Source: Cyanidioschyzon merolae (Eukaryota). Taken from it: a DNA stretch of 64,000 bases. The DNA is taken from the NCBI GenBank assembly GCA_000091205.1, contig AP006489.2; one strand, 5' to 3'. The stretch's first letter is position 1. The number at the start of each line of letters is the position of its first letter. The translations under genes were made by a program, and so were the position numbers. Positions 21,701 through 32,305 of the stretch are shown in pieces. Below the pieces are notes generated by a model. The model ran no database searches, was not told the origin of the DNA, and was given only the letters and a program-made list of their open reading frames with translations.

Positions 21701-22845
21701 AAAAATCGAGGCTTGACAGTTTAAACTGGATCGTAATACTGGTCAATTTACGAACCTGTGTGCGACAGCGCCGCGAATCCTATTCATGCTGATGTCATAA
21801 CGAATTCCAGCAGAAGAAGCGTTGAACGGGTCACGCAGAGAACAAGATCATAAATCCTAAAACAACATATGGATCTGCACGCCCCTATTGCTGCACCACG
21901 AACATGGAGGCTGTCTATGTAAAAAATTTGGAAGAAAATCAAACAGCAGGAGCAGAGCGAACACTTCCGAGTTCCCTTTTCATCTGACAAATGGGTAAAC
22001 GAGGAAACAAATGCGGTTCCGCGACGGGCGCACCAATCGATCCTGACCCTGCGACGTACACCGCCGCGAGATACGTTTTGTTTTCCGGTGCACGATCGAT
22101 GATCCTGACTCTAAGAATCCCTCTGAAACCGCAGTTGCTGTCGGCAGTTCGGGAAACGACCGCTGTATCCCTCCAGGCCCTTGTCCATTTCACTGACGCT
22201 GGGACGGTCTATCCGTCAGAGATACGCTCTAGAGGGATCGAGTGAGCCGCCAGATGCCGAGCTTGCATAGGCGCTCGCAACAACGCAGCATTCGCCAACT
22301 CTCTGCATGCTCATCTGGGGATAGGATCGCTCTGCGGTGCCTGCATACCGGCATCGGGTCAAGCAGCATAATACGGTGCTTGCACTTGTCCATGACAATC
22401 ATTCAGCGTGCTCATCGATTCTACGCGATCGATGTTTTGGAAAGAGCGCTCGTTTTCATTCTGGTTTCTGATGCGCACAACCGGAGCCTTTGATCGACCT
22501 GGAAACAGTAGATCCTCGACAGCGTGGATCTGCGACAAAACGTCTCCTGGGCAATACTCGCGTTTTACCGTTGCTTGTGTCGCGTTATACCTGAATGCTG
22601 CCGTGCGCCAGCGTTCATGCGTCGGGACATTGCGGCGCTGGAGACCGCATTCTGTACAGCATCAGTTCGATGAATCGAACGACATGTTCCCAGATGCACG
22701 AGTGCTGGCGCGTACCCGGCACCAGGGCGCCATCTCAACGCAGGCGAATGCTCCGGATCCCGAACGAGAGCGAAGACATATCAGAGTCCGTCCAGTTTTG
22801 CGTTGCATCACGCAGCACGTCGGCAGCATATCCTCGAGTACATCC

Positions 22846-23545
22846 AAGTCGGCGTTATTCTGGCATGTCTTATTCAGACGAACCCGGATGCACCTCTCGC
22901 CTGGTGACTTTGCTTACGATACTAGCGGATACAAGTCGGCGTTATTCTGGTATGTCTTATTCAGACGAACCCGGATGCACCTCTCGCCTGGTGTCTTTGC
23001 TCACGATACTAGCGGATACAAGTCGGCGTTATTCTGGTATGTCTTATTCAGACGAACCCGGATGCACCTCTCGCCTGGTGACTTTGCTTACGATACTAGC
23101 GGATACAAGTCGGCGTTATTCTGGCATGTCTTATTCAGACGAACCCGGATGCACCTCTCGCCTGGTGACTTTGCTCACGATACTAGCGGATACAAGTCGG
23201 CGTTATTCTGGTATGTCTTATTCAGACGAACCCGGATGCACCTCTCGCCTGGTGACTTTGCTCACGATACTAGCGGATACAAGTCGGCGTTATTCTGGTA
23301 TGTCTTATTCAGACGAACCCGGATGCACCTCTCGCCTGGTGACTTTGCTCACGATACTAGCGGATACAAGTCGGCGTTATTCTGGTATGTCTTATTCAGA
23401 CGAACCCGGATGCACCTCTCGCCTGGTGACTTTGCTCACGATACTAGCGGATACAAGTCGGCGTTATTCTGGTATGTCTTATTCAGACGAACCCGGATGC
23501 ACCTCTCGCCTGGTGACTTTGCTCACGAGACTAGCGGATACCGCC
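22846..23545. repeat. 87-bp tandem minisatellite, about 8 near-identical units
   Basis: Unit actagcggatacaagtcggcgttattctgg(t/c)atgtcttattcagacgaacccggatgcacctctcgcctggtg(a/t)ctttgct(c/t)acgat repeats with period 87 (for example 22921 to 23008). Units differ by only 1-3 substitutions. The array is open in two frames, which is why ORFs 22408..23646 and 22595..23881 appear. Confidence 0.95.
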
Positions 23546-24248
23546 GTGCAGCACGCCTCCGGGTCGCCACACATGATATGCCCGTTAGAACAGGGCTCTC
23601 TGGCCGGGAAACACAGACTTGTTTCGGCGCTGCGACTGCTGCTTGAAGGTGCTCCCCCGTGGCCCAAACGAACTTCCTGTGGCAGTCCCATACCACGCAT
23701 CGCGCCTTGCTACCGGGTGTCAGGTCCAGCACCGCTCTCAGGGCCTCCGCTTACCTCACGACGCTCTTCTCGAACTGGTTTCGAGCTGCATGCACGCTGT
23801 TTTCCGAAACGCTTTTCTAACGAGTTCCGCAGGCGCCGTGTGTCCCGCTGCGTGTTCGCATGCGACTGTCACCAGAAGTAGCGCCCGCGTTCGAAAAAGG
23901 ACAAAAGACTTTCGTTCGCCTGGTTGCCTATCGCCGCAAAAGCGATATCACACATATCCGTCTACACCATGCGCTGTATATACTTGTTCGTCGCGTTCAT
24001 CTCCGGTTTCAGTGCTACGAACACTGGTTGAAAAGGCGGTAAGCGCTAGCCGCAGCTGGCGTCAAGCGCGTGGGTTGGGGTCGGCGCGCCTTCGCCCCAG
24101 GCTCCATCGACACCGTTTGCGGAGGCGACGACGCTTTGGAGCGCTGGACGTGACGGGTATCGTTTCTGTTATCTTTCGTAACGCCACGCTGGAAGCGAGT
24201 AAATAGTGTTGTTCTGGGGGAGTGCTGTGGAACTTGCCGGTGGTTCAC

Positions 24249-24853
24249 ATGTCTGCACCTAGTGCGGGCCCAAGTGAACGCGCGAACCATGTGGCGACAA
24301 CTTCTCGAGCGTCGCGACTCCGACTGCTAGCTGACCTGCGCGACATGCAGCAAGACCCGCCGGAGGGCTGCTCCGCGTCTCCGTACTGCGAAGATAGTAA
24401 GTTTTGGATAGAATGAGTGCGTCGAGCGTCTTGGCTCACGAAGATGCGCGACTCGGTTTTGAACACGAGACTAACCACTTGGTTGAACGCTCAGACTTGT
24501 ATACCTGGGGTGCAACTATCATCGGTCCCGAGGACAGTGAATGGGAAAATGCGGTGCTTACGCTGAAGCTGACGTTCCCAGAGCAGTATCCTGAGAAACC
24601 ACCACGAGTTCGCTTTACATGTGAGATGTTCCATCCGAACGTGTACCACGATGGCAACGTATGCTTGTCTCTTCTCAGCGAGAACTGGTCGGCTGCATAT
24701 AGTGTATCCAGTATCCTGATCGCAATCCGGAGCTTGCTAACGGATCCGAACCCAAACTCGCCCGCGAATCCCGAAGCTGCACATCTATTCTCAATGGACT
24801 ACAATGATTACAAGCGGCGGGTGCGGCGAATTGCCCAAAAATCTCTAGAATGA
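24249..24853 (+). CDS. RAD6: Ubiquitin-conjugating enzyme E2 RAD6/UBC2 in two exons: exon 1 24249..24396, exon 2 24495..24853
   Basis: Exon 1 encodes MSAPSAG...SRLRLLADLRDMQQDPPEGCSASPYCED (human RAD6: [29 protein letters not shown]). Exon 2 encodes (N)LYTWGATIIGPEDSEWENAVLTLKLTFPEQYPEKPPRVRFTCEMFHPNVYHDGNVCLSLLSENWSAAYSVSSILIAIRSLLTDPNPNSPANPEAAHLF with the HPN...C active site. The frames differ, and the join at gtaagt...ag restores the alignment exactly (phase 1). Confidence 0.9.
24397..24494 (+). other. RAD6: Spliceosomal intron of RAD6 (98 nt, GTAAGT...CAG, phase 1)
   Basis: Donor gtaagt at 24397-24402 and acceptor ag at 24493-24494. Removing it joins CED|N|LYTW, matching RAD6 ENN-IMQW. 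The intron contains an in-frame stop and no RAD6-like sequence. Confidence 0.85.
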
Positions 24854-26350
24854 GGCGCCCCTCTCTTCGTCTCTCCTGAAAACGAGTATATCCGCAGTGA
24901 GTGGCGCAGTACGTCTGTTTTCCAAAGTGTCTGCGGGTTTGTCCGGCCCCAGCTTGTGATGGGATGGAGCGGAGCTCGCACGCGAGCATCAGAAACGAAC
25001 ACGGGTGTTAAGAGTGGATCCCGGCATCACCATCATCATCATCGTCGTCGTCATACCGAGCGGACAGCAGTTCTTTACTGCTGGTACTAGAGCATGCCCA
25101 TTGCAGCGCGAAGGAAATATTGCGCGTGCACTGCAGTAGCGCGGTTTCCGTTGACGGCACGACGCCAGCGCGGCGAGCGCACACGGAACCCTCCAGCACG
25201 ATAGGGCGCACGGCAGCTAGTTGGCTGCAGGTCGTGTCGGGAGCGAGGCGTTGCGGGAACCGGTGTTTGAAGCAGCAACGCAGCGCCTTCGCTCGTGCAT
25301 GCTGAGCGGCTTTGCCCGCTGCAGAGATGCCCCGCTTACGGAACTTTGTTCGTCGATCAAACGCATTTCTACCGCTGGAAGTTTTCTGTTTACTGCGCGC
25401 GACTCAAAAAAATGCTCATGTATAGGACATCGGGACAAAAGAGCGGCTTTGAAAGCTTTCTTGGATGTATTCGGGGCCTCCGGTCTGTGTGGATGCCATT
25501 GCTGTTCGCGATGACTGCTTGCTTCATCAGCGCGTAAAGTGTTCCCATGTACAGCACGGAGAGCAGTTCGGAACCGTACGAGAAGCGCAAGTATTCCCCG
25601 TCGATTCCTGTGCTGGTCAACGTCATAGTGCCTGGCCCTGGATACATTTGTTGGTACCCAGCGCTGCTAGAGTGAGGTCATCGCCTTCATCTTGCTGACT
25701 TGGTCATGTCCATGGAAGCGGCGCTCTCAGCGCTGCTCCTGGACTGGATCACGATTCGGCGCCTCCATCACACCAAGACGCTGCATGAAAGATCGGCACA
25801 AAGTGACTGTGAGGCGGTCGCATCGGAGAAGATTCTCAGAGCGTTGGCGAGGTTACACTACCGCGCACACCCGTGATGTCTAGTTCCGGCTGCAGCGGCC
25901 TCGCTTTTTTTCAGGGAACACTTTACATCCAGTGCGAGATCGACTGCGAATCCAGTATTACCGGACAAAGCAATCGGGATCAAATGATGAAAGCAATGCC
26001 CATTGTAGCTAGACGGATTCAGATATACTCAAATCCTGCGTGAGAAAGACGTCCCTTCGCAAAACACACGGCACCATGAATGACCGAAACAACGCGCGTT
26101 GTAGCCGGATGGATACCAACATGCTCAAGTCCTGTGTGAGACGGTTTCCATCTGGGGCCAAAGAGGCCCTGAATGACGCACTCAACCGTTTTCAATGAAC
26201 GGGGCACCCAGCTTTGACGCAGGGACGCCTCGCCCCGACCGCATGGCACCTGGGTGTAAACGTTAACGCCAACAACGGGAACAACAACGGCGCACGTATC
26301 ATCACACGAGCAGTACTCGTTCGCACTGAAAACAGCTACAGGAAGGCTAT

Positions 26351-27391
26351 TTATGCAAAGACTCGCAGGCGGCTCGTGTCTATCCAAGGATTGATACCGC
26401 TCCGACGTGCTTCATCGGCCAGCTCGAGCTCGTCCTGATCCATACGCAAGACGTAGAGCAACGGCTCAGCGGGAAGCAGGGAAACTACAACGTCAACAAC
26501 GCAACCGTGCATCACGGGTGCCTGCTGCAGCACAACACCCAGACGTTCGTGGAGCGCGCCCTGCGCCAGCGCTTTGTTCCGGATGACGACAAGGTCACCG
26601 GCCTGATACCGCGGTATCCACGATTTGTCCATGGAGTGCAGCACTTGTGCAGGCATGTGCTGGGCTGCAAGCCTCGTCGCTCTGGTAGGAGGCGGGTTCC
26701 ATGAATCGAATTCCATTACAAGACGCTGGACGTCGACAATGTCTCGTTCCGACTCGCAGACTGCCGACTGGGCGACGTGCGCTTCCGCAGCTGTGACGCT
26801 ACTCCTCGCGACCTGAGGGAGGTTGGTACCCAAACGGCGCTCATGGAGCTCCAGGATGCTCTTATTCGAAAGCGGAATTCCGGGGGCCTTTGATACGTTG
26901 CCATGAACGGTGTCTTGGATGGAGACGAGCCAAACACGCTCCGGCTGCAGACGAACGACTGCGCTGGTATGCGGCGACGTTTCTCCTTCTGATACGAAAA
27001 CTACTCGGTCTGGACAATGGGCCAAGAGCCACTGCAAGAAGCGTCGGAGACTTTGCCAGCGCGTAGCGTGAAGCCGCACGTGTCTAGGGTCCTGAGTGAC
27101 GTAGTCATACACTTTCGTTGCCTGCACGCGTCGGTCTGGAAACTGAGACGTCCGACTGAGCTGAGCGAGTGCCAGCAAGAACTGGGAAAAAAAGCGTTCC
27201 GAGAAAAGCGCACGACAGGCACTTTCATTGCCAGCTAGAGCAATGACGCGCTCCTGGTGTGCTCGACCCGCCTGGTGGGTGTCCAGCGCTCGTTGGTCGC
27301 GGAACTGTCGTTCACACACCTGGCAGTAGAGTCGCAGTGCGGGCTTTGCCTGGCTCCGCAAACGCCGTGCGATCGCTCTAGGTGTCGACAT
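26351..27391 (-). CDS. KIN17: KIN17-like DNA/RNA-binding protein (C2H2 zinc finger + winged helix + KOW/SH3-like C-terminus)
   Basis: N-terminus AKPALRLYCQVCERQFRDQRALDTHQAGRAHQERV...FFSQFLLALAQL...RVQATKVYDYV...HATRWQSLRRFLQWL is collinear with human KIN17 LQKLRWYCQMCQKQCRDENGFKCHCMSESHQRQ...FRNDFLELLRRRFG...NATQWETLTDFTKWL. The C-terminus is KOW-like: IPRYQAGDLVVIRNKALAQG... Confidence 0.8.
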   Translation of the reverse strand: MSTPRAIARRLRSQAKPALRLYCQVCERQFRDQRALDTHQAGRAHQERVIALAGNESACRALFSERFFSQFLLALAQLSRTSQFPDRRVQATKVYDYVTQDPRHVRLHATRWQSLRRFLQWLLAHCPDRVVFVSEGETSPHTSAVVRLQPERVWLVSIQDTVHGNVSKAPGIPLSNKSILELHERRLGTNLPQVARSSVTAAEAHVAQSAVCESERDIVDVQRLVMEFDSWNPPPTRATRLAAQHMPAQVLHSMDKSWIPRYQAGDLVVIRNKALAQGALHERLGVVLQQAPVMHGCVVDVVVSLLPAEPLLYVLRMDQDELELADEARRSGINPWIDTSRLRVFA

Positions 27392-28179
27392 GGTCCATGC
27401 TTTTCAAACGGCGCTCTTGCTGCGTCTTGAACCGCCGTTCTGCGGCCTGATGTAAGCGCTTCGTAGTCCAAGGGGACGTGCAGGATACGCAACTGCGTCG
27501 ACCTAACGACGTCGCGTTGGGTGAAGGTCCCCGTAGCTGCGTAGCTGTGGCCGGCTATGCGCGGCCAGGCGAAGCGCAAGTCCTTCCCTAGGAGGCCAGC
27601 AGTTTGATCAACTTGTATCGCCTGTACCGTACGATACGCTAATGAAACCGGTTAACTTTGCGAACTCGGGTGTGCATGCTATAGTTTGAGTCTCTTGCGA
27701 CTGTCAAAAATACCAGCCTTTGCGGAGCGGTTTTCGCGACTGTTTCCTTTTCCTCTCTCTTATCTCCGGATTTCCATACGATGGTCTCTCGTTTCACCCC
27801 AGCTCTGATGTCAGCTGTCGAAGGAAGCGGATGGCAGTGCTCAAATCTCGATCTCACTGATTTCGGCGGTTTTCGACGACTCCTATGCCCGGGCATAAGT
27901 TGCCCGTGATGCTTCCCGTGCCATTTTCATCTGCTTGGTTTACAGACCGGGTGCGCATGTCAGAGCGATGACAAGCCCTATGGTGGTCAAGTGTTCCCGT
28001 GTGTCCACCGAGCCTCCGTCTTCTAAATTCGCTCTGTGACTCGTACAGGCTTGCTTCATCGCTCGGCATGTGTCCAGGTGAGGTGTATCGGACGCTCATC
28101 TGGATACCCGACTCCGTCTCCGCCTCCATCTTCGCAAACCGAGGCACTCTCCTACGATCACGCGCTTCTTCTGAGCGAT

Positions 28180-28720
28180 CCTCTAGGCGAGTTTCCTGCC
28201 CGCTGCACGAGCCAGTCTGCGCTGCCTCATTTGATATACGACTTGTGGACCGTGATGGTGTACGTGACGAAACAAGTACCGAAAAGAATATCCAAGTTGG
28301 AGACCAAGTCGCGAAATTCGGATCCGTCTACCCACTTGCCATGCAAACCAGTGACGCATTTTCCAGAGGAAGGGATCGCTGCGAAGCCTGCAGTCCCAGC
28401 TCGAGACACTTGACGATGCAAACACATGAGACGGGAGCTTCTTGGAACACATCCTTTGACAAGGTTCCAGCTGGTTCCGCATCGGGGTTTCATCGGTGGC
28501 TGCAAAGAATGGAGCACTGGTGTTTCAAACGGAATCGCTCATTTGAGGTGAGAATCTCAGTGAGGGTTCGGTATGGGTTTTTTTCGGAGGACCGGTCAAG
28601 GACTGACGTCGCATCGTTTCCTTTTCTCTATGAATCTATCAGCGCGGAGCGGAACGTCCACGAGTTACCGTGAATGAGAAAACACCAAAGACTCGAAGCA
28701 TGTGTGATTTGAGCGTGCCT
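28180..28720 (+). repeat. Composite dispersed repeat R1-R2, copy d (TnpB-like N-terminal fragment + R2)
   Basis: ORF 27999..28673 carries ETSTEKNIQVGDQVAKFGSVYPLA, homologous to copy a ETSTGMKIQIGEHVGTPRSVWTPFA. 28450-28720 matches 21420-21700. The R1-R2 junction cctttgacaag is conserved in both composite copies. Confidence 0.75.
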
Positions 28721-29288
28721 CACACACGAGAAGCGGACGATTATGGTATGTAACGAGTCATTGTTCGAGGACGTCCGGAATCATGTTTATTTCGCTGATA
28801 TCATGAACGCCGGGGACAACGCGTCCATAGAGCGATTCCGACAAGCCGAGCGAGATTCCCAAAAGCACCAAAGAATCCGTAGGGCTTTATTCCAGCACTT
28901 TGAATAACAAGGCTGTGCATCGAAACAATTTTCGAAAAGCGTTGTATACGAGAAACAGTGCGACTAGTTCAGCCTTCTAGTTTCATCGAAGACGAATGCG
29001 TCGTAAGCACTGATGCTGGACAGCATTGCTGCCGCTGCAGCACTCTTTGTCTACGTATCGTCCACTGAATAATCAGTTCGTGTGCAGACGGAGTGCTCAG
29101 GCCGCTCAGTGTCGCAGCCTAAGTTGCTCCGTTTGCGTTTCATCGTAAACTGGTTCGCAGACCGCTAGAGCCGCACCTGCTATCGGGTTTTGTTGGGCTG
29201 GCAACCAGAGCTTCGCGAAAGCCACGCACTAGGGTTGCTGCGTTTTGGCGAAGCGTTACGCAGCCTGGTGCAGCGACCAGTGCAACGT

Positions 29289-30851
29289 ATGCCTCTGAAC
29301 CCAGGTGCGTCTGTTGCGGTGATTGGCGCTGGTGCTGCCGGACTAGTGGCAGTACGGATCTTTCGTGACGCGGGTTTCCGCGTGACTGCATTCGAGTGCA
29401 GCGAAACCGTCGGCGGCACTTGGAACTACCAAGATGTTGCGAACGAGCCTGACCTAGCACGGGCCGCAAGCCGCAGACTCGAGTCGACAACGACGACAGA
29501 GACGCCATCTTCGGAGGTTTTCAGGCAGGTGCCAGAACAGACGACTAGGCTCGCTGCACTGCCGCCGGTGCAGTCGTCTATCTACGCGGGTCTGCGAACG
29601 AACTTGCCCAGGCAAGTTATGCAGTTTTCCGATGCTCCGTTTCCAGAGCATTTGCCTTCATTCATAGGCCATCGCGATGTTCAGCGCTATATGGTAGACT
29701 ATGCTCGACGACACAACCTGGAGCGCCACATACGCTTCGGTGTCTGGGTGCAGCGCGTGCAGCCGGTCTCGAACGACGTTTGGAGTCGCTACCTGGTGAC
29801 GTTCTCGTCCTCGAAAAGCCCGGAGGCATGCACACAAGCATTCGATGCTGTTTGCGTCTGCAACGGGCACTACAGCGTGCCACAAATACCTGCTGAGCCG
29901 TACTCAGAGCCTGCGGATGGCACGGAGTACATTCCTGGTCTCACTGACGGAACATTTTGTCCTGGTGTTGTGCGGCACAGTCATTACTATCGGGATGCAG
30001 AAAAGTATCGCGATTTGCGGGTAATCTGCTTAGGAGCTGGTCCCTCCGGAGTGGATATCAGTCTAGAGATCGCTGAATATGCCAGAAAACCTGTCTATCT
30101 CTCGTGTCGAGCGGTGAAGCAAATGCCCTCAGATAGCGCCACGGAGCAGTACGGAGTTCTCCAGGTACCGCGACTTGTCGCTGTCATTGGTCCACGCACC
30201 GTGCAACTCGCGGACGGCAGCATTCTGCACGACATTGACGTGATCATGCTTTGCACCGGCTATCGATACTCGTTTCCGTTTCTGACCGAAGCGTGCGGTA
30301 TATCGGTGACGCTGCAGGGACGTGTCGTCACGCCGCTCTACCGCCATCTGATTCCAGTGTCCAGGTGGACGCTACCGCTCATAGGTATACCATATGCGGT
30401 GGTACCGTTTCCATTGTTTGAATTCCAGGCTCGTTATGTAGCTGCGGTCTTCCAAGGTCGCGTCCAGTTGCCGGAAATGAACGCAATGCAGGCTGCGATT
30501 CTAGAAGAGAAACAGGTGCAGCAAAGCTTTGGGTTACAGGCAAAACATTTTCATCGACTCGGTGATCGCCAGTGGGCCTACAACCGCGAGCTTGCGGATG
30601 CTGTTGGAGTCAAGGGACCGACCTTGGCCGTTCAGTCTGTGTACAACGATGCAGGCACACATCGGAAACTCGATCCGAAACATTATCGAGAGCGCGAATA
30701 TCGTATATTTGGTGACGGCCCAGAGGACTGGGAAGTACAGAGCCCGGCGATGGTACAGCTGGATGCGAAATCCAGTAAGAAGGGAAAGCATCCAACCAGG
30801 TCGAAAGAAGCAGCTATTGAGACAAGCGCTGAGTTTTCCGCTGGACTCTAA
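29289..30851 (+). CDS. Flavin-containing monooxygenase (FMO-like)
   Basis: FAD site VAVIGAGAAGL. The FMO motif FxGxxxHxxxY as FCPGVVRHSHYYRDAEKY. NADPH site ICLGAGPSGVDIS. A further block LCTGYRY. The ORF is open from 29190, with a likely start at MPLNPGASVAVIG. Confidence 0.85.
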   Translation: MPLNPGASVAVIGAGAAGLVAVRIFRDAGFRVTAFECSETVGGTWNYQDVANEPDLARAASRRLESTTTTETPSSEVFRQVPEQTTRLAALPPVQSSIYAGLRTNLPRQVMQFSDAPFPEHLPSFIGHRDVQRYMVDYARRHNLERHIRFGVWVQRVQPVSNDVWSRYLVTFSSSKSPEACTQAFDAVCVCNGHYSVPQIPAEPYSEPADGTEYIPGLTDGTFCPGVVRHSHYYRDAEKYRDLRVICLGAGPSGVDISLEIAEYARKPVYLSCRAVKQMPSDSATEQYGVLQVPRLVAVIGPRTVQLADGSILHDIDVIMLCTGYRYSFPFLTEACGISVTLQGRVVTPLYRHLIPVSRWTLPLIGIPYAVVPFPLFEFQARYVAAVFQGRVQLPEMNAMQAAILEEKQVQQSFGLQAKHFHRLGDRQWAYNRELADAVGVKGPTLAVQSVYNDAGTHRKLDPKHYREREYRIFGDGPEDWEVQSPAMVQLDAKSSKKGKHPTRSKEAAIETSAEFSAGL

Positions 30852-31807
30852 CGCGATGTCGCTTTTCCAGGTAGAACCACGTAAGAACGATGAATCGCGA
30901 CTCTTGATTCATCCTTGAGATAGCCGCACATACGGATTGTGTCTTTTTTTCGGTATTGCCCTGGGATCGTAGGTGACGGTCTCGTGTTCTTCCAATATCA
31001 AATGAGATGCCCATGCTCATACCGCTCGAGCAGATGCCAATGCGTGGTGCGTCTCACTACAGACACAATATCGAATGAAAGCTCCACTCTTGTACGATTA
31101 CAGAAGATGACATAGCGTGTTGCGTTCCACTAGAGACGTGAAGCCTCCGTTATTGTGCGGTAGCCGTCTGGCGGCGCTCGCTTCGTCCATTCATCAGCAA
31201 ACTTCATCTTGGGGCATTCGCACTTGATTCCTGCGTTTCGGGGAGCGATATCGAGGTAACAGGTGGCTCGAATAGACGTTTTCCGTCTTGAAGCCGGAGC
31301 CGAAGGTCGTGCGGAGGTCCGGAAGGAAGCCAACGCGACACCGGTTACGCCGAATTTGCGAACATGTTCCGAGTCTGTACGCTGGAAACCTGAACCATTG
31401 GCAACGATGACTGCCTTCTTTCAAACATGAAGCCATAATCGGGGAAAGTCGCCGGCCCTTGTGCGAGAATGGCAGCCCAACGAGCGCCTTCGACTTTGGC
31501 AGTGCGTCCATCATCATAGATTGTCAAGTTGCGGCCAGTGTTCCGCTGGTAGCGCAGACCTAGGATCTGGTTCACGTCGCTACCACTGCGTATGCACGGT
31601 GTTCGGTGACTCGCTCTCGACGCATAGCTTGTAATCCCCGAATCCCTGCAGCGTCTTGCTTCTGGAACATTTACGCCTAGGCACTGGAAGGACGAGTTGT
31701 TTCGTAGAGCACACCGGCGTCTTGTATTTGGAAACTTTACCCCTATGTACTGGAAAGATGAGCAGGCCGTTCGTGTCGATTGGCTACTAGTCGTCTAGAA
31801 ACACATG

Positions 31808-32305
31808 CTAGTCCTGTTCGGGCTTCGAACCTGGTGCTCGCGGAGGCGCTGTCCGCGAGTCAGGTCGTTTTCGTTTTGGACGCCTTTCCCTCGATGAGTC
31901 CAAAACTTCATCAAATAGCGCACGGGACTCGGGGTCCTTTTCTGCCTCTGACGCAATTCGTGCAGTTATGGTCGTAAAGAGTATTCCGAAGAAGACGATG
32001 GCGACGCCGCCGACGACGACGCGAAAGAAAAGCGACTTGTCCGGCCCAGAGGCTGCCTCTTCGGCGAGCCAAGAGCTCGGAAGCAAGCGGTACAAGCTCC
32101 AGTTCACTGCTGTACTGCAGGTCAGGTGGCTCGTCAGCTGCAAAGCACGCCTGTCAGACCGCTTAGACCGGGTTGCTCGCGGCCACAGGCGCGCAGCTCG
32201 GACGTAGCCCGGGGCTTGACGACCACGACACTGCTCGTGGACTGCAGGTGCGGCCGACTTCCACAGCGGCTGTCTTACGGTGATTCGATGAGCACAGAGA
32301 AACAT
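31808..32305 (-). CDS. Hypothetical small membrane protein (one predicted TM helix; Lys/Arg-rich C-terminus)
   Basis: The C-terminal half FFRVVVGGVAIVFFGILFTTITARIASEAEKDPESRALFDEVL looks coding. The N-terminal half is of doubtful coding quality, so the start is uncertain. Confidence 0.25.
   Translation of the reverse strand: MFLCAHRITVRQPLWKSAAPAVHEQCRGRQAPGYVRAARLWPRATRSKRSDRRALQLTSHLTCSTAVNWSLYRLLPSSWLAEEAASGPDKSLFFRVVVGGVAIVFFGILFTTITARIASEAEKDPESRALFDEVLDSSRERRPKRKRPDSRTAPPRAPGSKPEQD

Noticed and set aside
22846-23545. CRISPR array interpretation of the 87-bp tandem array
   Set aside because: The units are contiguous direct repeats with no unique spacers, and the context is eukaryotic. 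It is a minisatellite.
22408-23881. Two overlapping about 420-aa ORFs (22408..23646, 22595..23881) as a repeat-protein gene
   Set aside because: Both are generated by the 87-bp (29-codon) minisatellite being open in two frames. There are no flanking coding features. Treated as a satellite, not a CDS. Kept as a finding only because expression cannot be excluded.
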